NCBI GenBank assembly: GCA_026417035.1
Contig: JAOAEA010000015.1
Location: forward strand, 824 to 64,823
Source of the DNA: Burkholderiales bacterium
GTDB taxonomy: Bacteria > Pseudomonadota > Gammaproteobacteria > Burkholderiales > SG8-39
Direction: 5' to 3'
Length of the DNA stretch: 64,000 nucleotides
Shown: positions 34,666 to 42,158 of the stretch, piece after piece
Layout: each line of letters starts with the position of its first letter
How positions within the stretch are numbered: the first letter of the stretch is position 1
Made by a program: the position numbers and the translations under genes
The notes under the pieces: model-generated
The model's database searches: none
The model's input: the letters and a program-made list of their open reading frames with translations, nothing else
What the model was told of the DNA's origin: nothing

Positions 34666-36024
34666 TCAGTTGCGCCGCGTCTTCGGCCCTGTCGGGCCGG
34701 GGGCGACGTCCTCGTTCTCGGCGACGGTCGCCCGGCCGTTGTTGAGCGGCGGGTTCTTCGCGAGGTAGCGCTTGATCCCGGCGAGGATCGCGCGCGCGAG
34801 CCTGTCCTGGTAGGCGTCGTCGTTCAGGCGGCGCTCCTCCTCGGGGTTCGAGATGAAGGCGGTCTCGACGAGGATCGAGGGGATGTCGGGCGCCTTCAGC
34901 ACCGCGAACCCGGCCTGCTCGACCTGCGCCTTGTGCAGGCGGTTCACGCCGCCGAGCTCGCCGAGCACCGCCTTCCCGAGCTTCAGGCTGTCGTTGATCT
35001 GCGCCGTCTGCGAGAGGTCGAGCAGCGTCTGCGCCAGATAGCGGTCCTTGACGTTGAGGTTGACGCCGCCGATCAGGTCCGCGTCGTTCTCGCGCTTGGC
35101 GAGCCAGCGCGCCGCGACGCTCGTCGCCCCGCGCTCGGAGAGCACGAACACCGACGAGCCCTGCGCGTGCGGCAGGATGAACGCGTCGGCGTGGATCGAC
35201 ACGAAGAGGTCGGCGCGGACGCGGCGCGCCTTCTCGACGCGCGTCGCGAGCGGCAGGTAATAGTCGCCCTCGCGCGTCAGCACGGCGCGCATGCCCGGCT
35301 CGGCGTCGATCAAAGCCCGCAACCGCTTCGCGACGGTGAGGGTGATGTGCTTCTCGAGGCTGCCGCCCCGGCCCCGGGCGCCCGGATCCTCGCCGCCGTG
35401 CCCGGCGTCGAGGACGATCGTGACCGTGCGCCCCGCGAGGGGCTTCGTCCGCTCTTCCGGCCGCGTGGGCGCGCCCCGCACGGGCTCGCCGGGGCTCTTC
35501 GGCGCCTCGCCGGGGTGCGGCTCCTGCGGCGCGGCGGGCCCGCGTCCCTGCATCTCGAGCAGCGCCATCAGGGGGTCGAGCGGCGCCACGGGGTAGAGGT
35601 CGAGCACGAGCCGGTGGCCGTAGTCGCCGACCGGCGCGAGCGCGAAGATCTGCGGCTTCACCTCGCCCTTCAGGTCGAGCACCAGCCGGGCCGTGTCGGG
35701 GCGGAACTGTCCCGCGCGAAGCTGGGCGACGTAGGGGTCGTCCGCGGCGAGCTTGCCGGCGACGTGCCGCGCGAGATCGGCGGCGCCGACGCCCTCGAGG
35801 TCGAGGACGATGCGGTCGGGGCCGGTCGCGGTCGTGAGGGCGTAACGTAGCGCCACGCGCGACTCGATCGTGATGCGGGTGTAGTCCTGCGCCGGCCACA
35901 CACGCACGGAGCGCAGGGGCTCCGCGGCGAAGGCGGGCGCGGCAGCCGCGACGAGGACGAGCGCCGCGGCCGCGCCTGCGGCGCCGCGGATCAGCCGGGT
36001 CCCTCTCGCAAGCGTGCGACGCAC
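34666..36024 (-). CDS. amiC: N-acetylmuramoyl-L-alanine amidase (AMIN domain plus Amidase_3), AmiC/AmiB type
   Basis: Proposed GTG start at 36024: (M)RRTLARGTRLIRGAAGAAAALVLVAAAAPAFA (Tat-like signal). AMIN: VRVWPAQDYTRITIES...LDLEGV. Catalytic: TIVLDAGHGGEDPGA...LFVSIHADAF. It overlaps the 3' end of tsaE by 34 nt. The start is uncertain. Confidence 0.85.
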   Translation of the reverse strand: MRRTLARGTRLIRGAAGAAAALVLVAAAAPAFAAEPLRSVRVWPAQDYTRITIESRVALRYALTTATGPDRIVLDLEGVGAADLARHVAGKLAADDPYVAQLRAGQFRPDTARLVLDLKGEVKPQIFALAPVGDYGHRLVLDLYPVAPLDPLMALLEMQGRGPAAPQEPHPGEAPKSPGEPVRGAPTRPEERTKPLAGRTVTIVLDAGHGGEDPGARGRGGSLEKHITLTVAKRLRALIDAEPGMRAVLTREGDYYLPLATRVEKARRVRADLFVSIHADAFILPHAQGSSVFVLSERGATSVAARWLAKRENDADLIGGVNLNVKDRYLAQTLLDLSQTAQINDSLKLGKAVLGELGGVNRLHKAQVEQAGFAVLKAPDIPSILVETAFISNPEEERRLNDDAYQDRLARAILAGIKRYLAKNPPLNNGRATVAENEDVAPGPTGPKTRRN

Positions 36025-36464
36025 CGTTCGCCCCGGTCCGTGACCCCCTCGACCGTGGCGCGGCGGCCGCTCCCCTCGAGCGCGAGGGTCACGCGCACGT
36101 CCGGCCCGGGTGCGAGGCCTCGGGCCTTCTCGGGCCATTCGACGAGGCAGACGGCGGCCTCGCCGAAGAGCTCGCGGAAGCCCGCTTCCTCCCACTCGCT
36201 GGGGTCTTTGAACCTATAAAAATCAAAGTGGTATAAGTCTAACCTCGAAACCTTATAAAGTTCAACCAGCGTGTAGGTCGGGCTTTTGACTTTTCCCTCA
36301 TGGCCGAGCGCCCGCAATGCGCCGCGGACGAGGGTCGTCTTTCCCGCGCCGAGATCGCCGACGAGGTGCACGACGAGCCCCGGCTCGAGCACGCGCGCGA
36401 GGCGCGCGCCGAGCGCCAGCGTCGCGGCCTCGTCGGCGAGGTGGACGGCGAGCGTTGCTACCAT
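35991..36464 (-). CDS. tsaE: tRNA t6A37 biosynthesis ATPase TsaE
   Basis: 157 aa, internal Met of ORF 35991..37676: MVATLAVHLADEAATLALGARLA...LVGDLGAGKTTLVRGALRALG...VKSPTYTLVELY...LYHFDFYRF. Confidence 0.9.
   Translation of the reverse strand: MVATLAVHLADEAATLALGARLARVLEPGLVVHLVGDLGAGKTTLVRGALRALGHEGKVKSPTYTLVELYKVSRLDLYHFDFYRFKDPSEWEEAGFRELFGEAAVCLVEWPEKARGLAPGPDVRVTLALEGSGRRATVEGVTDRGERCVARLREGPG
36208..36237 (+). promoter_or_regulatory. candidate promoter for queG embedded in the tsaE coding sequence
   Basis: TTGAAC (36208-36213), 18-nt spacer, TGgTATAAG extended -10 (36229-36237). It lies within an AT-rich patch (~32% GC by hand count) about 235 nt upstream of the queG ATG. Confidence 0.35.
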
Positions 36465-36470
36465 GGCGCG

Positions 36471-37625
36471 ATGACGGTCGGGGAGCGGCGGATCGACAGG
36501 GGGCGGCTCGCGGCGCAGGTGAAGGCGTGGGGGCGCGAGCTCGGCTTCCAGGCCGTGGGCATCGCCGAGGCTCGCCTCGGCGATGCGCCCGCGCGGCTCG
36601 CCGAATGGCTCGCGCGCGGTTTCCACGGAGAGATGGATTATATGGCCCGGCGGGCCGCGCTCCGCGCCGATCCGGCGGCGCTCCACCCCGGCACGCACCG
36701 CGTCATCAGTGCGCGCATGGACTACCTGCCGCCGGAGGCCGCCGGGGCGGACGCGGTGCTCGCCGACGGCGCGAAGGCCTACGTCTCCCGTTACGCCCTG
36801 GGGCGCGACTACCACAAGGTGCTGCGCGCGCGTCTCGCGCGGCTCGCGCAGCGCATCGAAGCGGCCGTCGGGCCCTTCGGCTACCGCGTGTTCACGGATT
36901 CCGCACCGGTGATGGAGGTGGAGCTCGCGGCGCGCAGCGGCATCGGCTGGCGCGGCAAGCACACGCTCGCGCTCTCGCGCGACGCCGGCTCGTTCTTCTT
37001 CCTGGGCGAGATCTACACCGACCTCGACCTGCCGGCGGACGCGCCGGCTGCCGCGCACTGCGGCTCGTGCACCGCGTGCATCGACGTCTGTCCGACGCGC
37101 GCGATCGTCGCGCCCTACGTGCTCGATGCGCGCCGCTGCATCTCGTATCTCACCATCGAGCTCGCGGGCCCGATCCCGGTGGCGCTGCGACCGCTCCTCG
37201 GCAACCGCGTCTACGGCTGCGACGACTGCCAGCTCGTCTGTCCGTGGAACAAGTACGCGCGCCCTTCGCCGGAGCCGGACTTCCGCGTGCGCAACGGGCT
37301 CGACGCCGCGGAGCTCGCCGACCTCTTCGCGTGGTCGCGCGAGGACTTCGAAAACCGCATGGCCGGGAGCGCGATCCGCCGCATCGGCTATGAGCGCTGG
37401 CTGCGCAATCTCGCGGTGGGCCTGGGCAACGGGCCGGCGAGCGCGCGCGCGCTCGCCGCGCTCGGGGCGCGCGCCGAGGACCCCTCGCCCCTGGTGCGGG
37501 AGCACGTCGCGTGGGCGTTGCGGCGGCTTTCGCGCGATGGGAACCGCGACGGCGCGAAGGACGCCAGGCATCGCGAAGGAGAGCGCCCGGTGCGCCGACG
37601 GCGCGAAGCGCCTCGCCCCGAGTGA
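36471..37625 (+). CDS. queG: epoxyqueuosine reductase
   Basis: Internal ATG of ORF 36300..37625: MTVGERRIDRGRLAAQVKAWGRELGFQAVGIA...FHGEMDYMARR...CGSCTACIDVCPTRAI...YGCDDCQLVCPWNK (two 4Fe-4S motifs). Confidence 0.9.
   Translation: MTVGERRIDRGRLAAQVKAWGRELGFQAVGIAEARLGDAPARLAEWLARGFHGEMDYMARRAALRADPAALHPGTHRVISARMDYLPPEAAGADAVLADGAKAYVSRYALGRDYHKVLRARLARLAQRIEAAVGPFGYRVFTDSAPVMEVELAARSGIGWRGKHTLALSRDAGSFFFLGEIYTDLDLPADAPAAAHCGSCTACIDVCPTRAIVAPYVLDARRCISYLTIELAGPIPVALRPLLGNRVYGCDDCQLVCPWNKYARPSPEPDFRVRNGLDAAELADLFAWSREDFENRMAGSAIRRIGYERWLRNLAVGLGNGPASARALAALGARAEDPSPLVREHVAWALRRLSRDGNRDGAKDARHREGERPVRRRREAPRPE
36637..36642 (-). promoter_or_regulatory. candidate -10 (TATAAT) for tsaE embedded in the queG coding sequence
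   Basis: attata on the + strand (codons GAT TAT ATG of GEMDYMA) is a perfect TATAAT on the - strand, about 175 nt upstream of the tsaE ATG. Confidence 0.3.
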
Positions 37626-37744
37626 GCGGCGTCGTCGTGCGGCCGCCGCGTCCGCCACCCGGCCGGCCTTCGCCAAGGATCACGCCTCGCTCGCGTCGTT
37701 GCCTTGGCCTCACTCCGCGCGCTTCGCGCCTTGGCGGTTGCGCT

Positions 37745-38542
37745 CTACCCCCGCGGATCGGGCACGAACCGCCCGCCAGGGAACGGATTCGGTGCCCCCA
37801 GCGGCGGCGCGCCCGGGATCACGCCGCGCGCGACGAGGTTGGCGCGGCTGTCGTAGTGGAGGATGATCGTCTCCTCGGGATAGGCGCTCGCCCTCCGAAA
37901 GCTCGTGTACGTCGCCTCCGAGCGCTCGCGTTCGCCGTGCCCGGTCCCGAGCTTCTCCTCGCGCTCGAAGCCGCGCACGCCCTCCCGCGCCGACGCGCCG
38001 GGCGCGGCCGGGGCGCTCGCGTCGGCCGAGGACGCCGACTCGCCTGCGGTCCCGTCGGCCTTCGTGCGGGGCGCGACGTCCGGTGCCGGCCGCGGCGGGA
38101 TCCACTCGCGGAAGACGGCGACGCCGATCACGCCGACGTTGTCGGGGCGCTCGGTGCGCGCGGCGTAGCTGTCGGGAAGACGCGTGAAATAGAACTGCGC
38201 GACCTCGCCCATGTTCTTGCGCCAGCCCGCGATCTCGTAGCGCTGCCCGGGCGCGAAGACGTAGCCGCTCTGCCCGGCCGCGGCCGTGTCGCCGGTGATG
38301 ACGTTCACGCCGTCGACCGAAACGACCGCGAGGATGCGTCCGCCCGCGCGGTTGGCGATCTCGACGGCATAGCGGTTGCCCGGCGTCCCCGCGACGTAGA
38401 GCCTTCCCCCGTGCGAATACACCGGCAGCCGCTCGCCGGTGGTGCGGTCGATGACGGCGACGTCGGCGAGCACCCCGGCGCGCGACGGTGCGCCCGCCGA
38501 GACGAGCGCCGCGGCGAGCGCGGCCAGCGCAAGGCGTTTCAC
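37745..38542 (-). CDS. secreted hypothetical protein
   Basis: Proposed GTG start within ORF 37745..38686: (M)KRLALAALAAALVSAGAPSRA (signal peptide) then ...VAVIDRTTGERLPVYSHGGRLYVAGTPGNRYAVEIANR... I do not recognise a family. Confidence 0.6.
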   Translation of the reverse strand: MKRLALAALAAALVSAGAPSRAGVLADVAVIDRTTGERLPVYSHGGRLYVAGTPGNRYAVEIANRAGGRILAVVSVDGVNVITGDTAAAGQSGYVFAPGQRYEIAGWRKNMGEVAQFYFTRLPDSYAARTERPDNVGVIGVAVFREWIPPRPAPDVAPRTKADGTAGESASSADASAPAAPGASAREGVRGFEREEKLGTGHGERERSEATYTSFRRASAYPEETIILHYDSRANLVARGVIPGAPPLGAPNPFPGGRFVPDPRG

Positions 38543-38990
38543 GGCTTGCCGAAAGGATCCACTACGAGAGCTCGAAGACACGGAGACGAGCGCTCTGGCG
38601 CACCCGCGCGCGCAGAGCGGAAGCGCGGGCACCGGTTTGCTGCCCTCTCGGACTCGGGTGTTCGTGGTGCGGACTTCCGTTTGCATGGCGGTGCTCCCTT
38701 CGTCAGTGGCGGTCCTGCTGCTGCAAACGCCGGTGCCGGGGATACGGGGTTACCGTGGGCGCGGCCCCCGTGAGGCGCCGCAGAGGGGATCGGCACGTCT
38801 CCGCAGAAAGTCTCGCGTCAGCACGGCGCGCGCCGCGGATTTCCGCTTTACTCGCGCGCGCGTTTGGTCCATCATCCGCGCCGGCCAACAACAGCGGGAT
38901 CCGTTCTGTGAGCACTTGTTCGGGTGACAGTCCTTCCCCGGTCCACGCGACCGGGAAGCCCTCGGCAAGCTAGCGCGCATCCTGCCCGCG

Positions 38991-39382
38991 GTCTCGCCGA
39001 GCGCGAGACGCGGTTCGAGCCGCCGGCGGTTCCGCCGGCGCTTCCTCCGCAAACCTCGGTCCGGCCGGCGGTCGCCGCCGGCTTCCGGTCGCGGCGCACG
39101 CGCCTCCCGACCGGGTCACGCCGAACCCGCTCCTCGCGGCGTCCCGCCTCACCGGAAAGGAGGCTGGCCGTGCGCTCGACCCTTGCGAGGAAAGTCATCC
39201 GCGCGTTCGCGATCGCCGCACCGGCGGCGAGAGGGCGTCCCCTCCGGCCGCCGGGCTGCGCGCGCGGTCCGGCCCGCGGCGGTCCCGCGAAAACGGTTCG
39301 CCATGCCCGATAGCCCGAGTCCGTCGCCCGCCGGCCGACCGCCCGTGCCCGGGCGGACGCCGGGCGGCCCAGGAGAACGAAC
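38991..39382 (+). promoter_or_regulatory. long structured 5' leader region of mgtA (multiple GC hairpins, strong orphan SD, uORFs)
   Basis: Hairpins at 38991-39009, 39021-39040, 39064-39082 and 39221-39254. GGAAAGGAGG at 39154-39163. No credible protein gene lies between 38543 and 39382. Confidence 0.45.
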
Positions 39383-39386
39383 ATGA
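39303..39386 (+). CDS. candidate proline-rich leader peptide (27 aa) translationally coupled to mgtA
   Basis: MPDSPSPSPAGRPPVPGRTPGGPGERT (9 of 27 residues are Pro). Its TGA (39384-39386) overlaps the mgtA ATG (39383-39385). I see no obvious SD for it. Confidence 0.35.
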   Translation: MPDSPSPSPAGRPPVPGRTPGGPGERT

Positions 39387-42148
39387 AGCTCGCCTTCCTC
39401 AAGGAACTCTTCGCCGGATTCCTGCGCACCCGGCGCATCCTCCGCCACTTCCGCCGCCTCGCGCTGCTCGAGACACTGACCCGCACCGGGGTCGGCCGCG
39501 AGGTCCCGCCCTCCCTCGCGCGCGAGCTCGCTGAAGCCGCGCTGAGCGACGCCGAGCCCCTGCTCGCGCGGCTGGGCTCCCATCCGGACGGGCTCTCCGA
39601 GGCCGACGCCGACGCCGTCCGCGAGCGCGTCGGACCGAACGAGATCGACCACGAGAAGCCGCTGCCCTGGTGGATCCACCTCTGGCATTGCTACAAGACG
39701 CCCTTCAGCCTGCTGCTCTCGGTGCTCGCCGTCGTGTCCTACGTCACCGACGACCTCAAGGCGACCACGGTGATCAGCGTGATGGTCGTGCTCGCGACGC
39801 TCATCCGCTTCGTCCAGGAGGCGCGCTCGAACAAGGCGGCCGAGGCGCTCAAGGCGCGCGTGCACACGACCGCGACCGTCGTGCGCCGGGACGTCTCGGA
39901 GGATGCCGCGCCGATCTTCGAGCGCTACTACGGCGTACGCCTGCCGGTGAAGCCACCGCGCCGCGTCGAGCTGCCGATCCGGCTGCTCGTGCCGGGGGAC
40001 GTGGTCGTGCTCTCCGCCGGCGACATGATCCCCGCCGACTGCCGCGTGCTCGCGGCGAAGGACCTCTTCGTCAGCCAGGCGGCGATGACCGGCGAGGCCC
40101 TTCCCGTCGAGAAGTTCGCCGAGCAGCGCGACCGCGGCGCGACCAACCCGCTCGACCTCGAGAACATCCTCTTCATGGGCACCACCGTCGTCTCGGGATC
40201 CGCGACCGCGGTGGTCGTCACGACCGGGAAACGGACCTACTTCGGCGCGCTCGCGCAGCGCGTCGCGACGAGCGACCACGCCCCAACGCAGTTCCAGATC
40301 GGCGTCAACCGCGTGAGCTGGCTCCTGATCCGCTTCATGCTGGTGATGGCGCCCGTCGTGCTCCTCGTCAACGGCATCACCAAGCACGACTGGCTGGAGG
40401 CGGTGCTCTTCGCGCTCGCGGTCGCCGTCGGGCTGACCCCGGAGATGCTGCCGATGATCGTCACCTCCACGCTCGCGAAGGGCGCGGTGGCCATGTCCCG
40501 CCGCAAGGTGATCGTGAAGCGCCTCGACGCGATCCAGAACTTCGGCGCCATGGACGTGCTGTGCACCGACAAGACCGGCACGCTCACGCAGGACCGGATC
40601 TTCCTCGAGCGCCACATCGACGTCTGGGGCGAGCCTTCGGACGCGGTCCTGGAGTACGCCTACCTCAACAGCTATTACCAGACCGGCCTCAAGAACCTGC
40701 TCGACGTCGCCGTCCTGCGGCACGCCGAGGTGCACCGTGAGCTCGACGTCGCCGCCGCGTTCGGCAAGGTCGACGAGATCCCGTTCGACTTCCAGCGCCG
40801 GCGGATGTCGGTCGTGGTGGCCGAGCCCGACGGGCGGCACCTGCTCGTCTGCAAGGGCGCGGTCGAGGAGATCCTCGCCGTCTCGAGCCTGGTGCGCCAC
40901 GGCGAGGCGGACGAGCCGCTCACTCCCGGGCTGCTCGCGCGCGTGCGCGAGGTGACCGCGGCGCTGAACGGCGAGGGACTGCGCGTGGTCGCGGTGGCGG
41001 TGAAGGCGATGCCGCCGGCGAAGCAGGTCTACGGCGTCGCCGACGAGTCGGGGCTCACCCTGATCGGCTACGTCGCCTTCCTCGACCCGCCCAAGGACTC
41101 CAGCGCGCCCGCGCTGCGGGCGCTCGCCGCGCACGGCGTCGCGGTCAAGGTGCTCACCGGCGACAACGAGCTCGTCACCGCGAAGATCTGCCGCGAGGTC
41201 GGGCTGCCGGCGAACGGCATCCTCCTCGGCGCGGACGTCGAGCGGATGGGCGATGCGGAGCTCGCGCAGGCGGCGCGCTCGCACGACGTCTTCGCGAAGC
41301 TGACGCCCGGACACAAGGAGCGCATCGTCCGGGTCCTGAAGGAGAGCGGTCACGTCGTCGGTTTCCTCGGCGACGGCATCAACGACGCCGCGGCGCTGCG
41401 CACCGCCGACATCGGCATCTCGGTGGACTCGGGCGTGGACATCGCCAAGGAGGCGGCCGACATCATCCTGCTGGAGAAGAGCCTGCTGGTGCTCGAGGAG
41501 GGCGTGGTCGAGGGACGCAGGACCTTCGCCAACATGCTGAAGTACCTCAAGATGACGGCGAGCTCCAACTTCGGCAACGTGTTCTCGGTGCTGGCGGCGA
41601 GCGCGTTCCTGCCGTTCCTGCCGATGCTGCCGATGCAGCTCCTCGTGCAGAACCTGCTCTACGACGTCTCGCAGACAGCGATCCCGTTCGACAACGTCGA
41701 CGAGGAACAGGTCGCGCGGCCGCAGCGGTGGAACCCGGGCGATATCGGCCGGTTCATGCTCTTCTTCGGGCCGGTGAGCTCGGTGTTCGACATCCTCACC
41801 TTCCTGATGATGTGGTTCGTGTTCAGCGCCAACACGGTCGCGGAGCAGACGCTCTTCCAATCGGGCTGGTTCGTGGTCGGGCTGCTCACCCAGACCCTGA
41901 TCGTGCACATGATCCGCACGCCGAAGGTGCCGTTCGTGCAGAGCCGCGCCGCGACGCCGCTCCTCGTCATGACCGGGTGCATCATGGCGATCGGGGTGTT
42001 TCTGCCGATGGGGCCGCTGGCGCACTACTTCAAGCTGGAGCCGCTGCCGCCGCTCTATTTCGTTCTCCTGCCCGTCATCCTGCTCGGTTACATGGGGCTC
42101 ACGCAGGCGGTGAAGGGTTTCTACGCCCGCCGCTTCGGTTGGCAATGA
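39383..42148 (+). CDS. mgtA: magnesium-importing P-type ATPase
   Basis: 921 aa: ...GLSEADADAVRERVGPNEI..., DVLCTDKTGTLTQDRI (phosphorylation site), LTGDNELVTAKICREVGL, GFLGDGINDAAALRTADIGISV. SD aggaga. Confidence 0.95.
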   Translation: MKLAFLKELFAGFLRTRRILRHFRRLALLETLTRTGVGREVPPSLARELAEAALSDAEPLLARLGSHPDGLSEADADAVRERVGPNEIDHEKPLPWWIHLWHCYKTPFSLLLSVLAVVSYVTDDLKATTVISVMVVLATLIRFVQEARSNKAAEALKARVHTTATVVRRDVSEDAAPIFERYYGVRLPVKPPRRVELPIRLLVPGDVVVLSAGDMIPADCRVLAAKDLFVSQAAMTGEALPVEKFAEQRDRGATNPLDLENILFMGTTVVSGSATAVVVTTGKRTYFGALAQRVATSDHAPTQFQIGVNRVSWLLIRFMLVMAPVVLLVNGITKHDWLEAVLFALAVAVGLTPEMLPMIVTSTLAKGAVAMSRRKVIVKRLDAIQNFGAMDVLCTDKTGTLTQDRIFLERHIDVWGEPSDAVLEYAYLNSYYQTGLKNLLDVAVLRHAEVHRELDVAAAFGKVDEIPFDFQRRRMSVVVAEPDGRHLLVCKGAVEEILAVSSLVRHGEADEPLTPGLLARVREVTAALNGEGLRVVAVAVKAMPPAKQVYGVADESGLTLIGYVAFLDPPKDSSAPALRALAAHGVAVKVLTGDNELVTAKICREVGLPANGILLGADVERMGDAELAQAARSHDVFAKLTPGHKERIVRVLKESGHVVGFLGDGINDAAALRTADIGISVDSGVDIAKEAADIILLEKSLLVLEEGVVEGRRTFANMLKYLKMTASSNFGNVFSVLAASAFLPFLPMLPMQLLVQNLLYDVSQTAIPFDNVDEEQVARPQRWNPGDIGRFMLFFGPVSSVFDILTFLMMWFVFSANTVAEQTLFQSGWFVVGLLTQTLIVHMIRTPKVPFVQSRAATPLLVMTGCIMAIGVFLPMGPLAHYFKLEPLPPLYFVLLPVILLGYMGLTQAVKGFYARRFGWQ

Positions 42149-42158
42149 GGAGGGGAGG

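Noticed and set aside
38700-39382. M-box (ykoK) Mg2+ riboswitch or an enterobacterial-type mgtA leader upstream of mgtA.
   Set aside because: I looked for the conserved M-box cores as I recall them (GGUGAGGCUCC..., AAUGGGUCAACAG, ACAGUGCUAAAGCUC). I found only weak partial resemblances (cgtgaggcgcc at ~38769, ggccaacaacag at ~38883) in the wrong spacing. I cannot call it without a covariance-model scan.
38924-39386. Track ORFs of 129 aa (38924..39313) and 67 aa (39183..39386) as protein genes.
   Set aside because: As full-length ORFs they are Arg/Pro/Ala-rich with no plausible start context. Only their 3' portions (GTG 39170 after a strong SD, and ATG 39303) are kept, as speculative leader uORFs.
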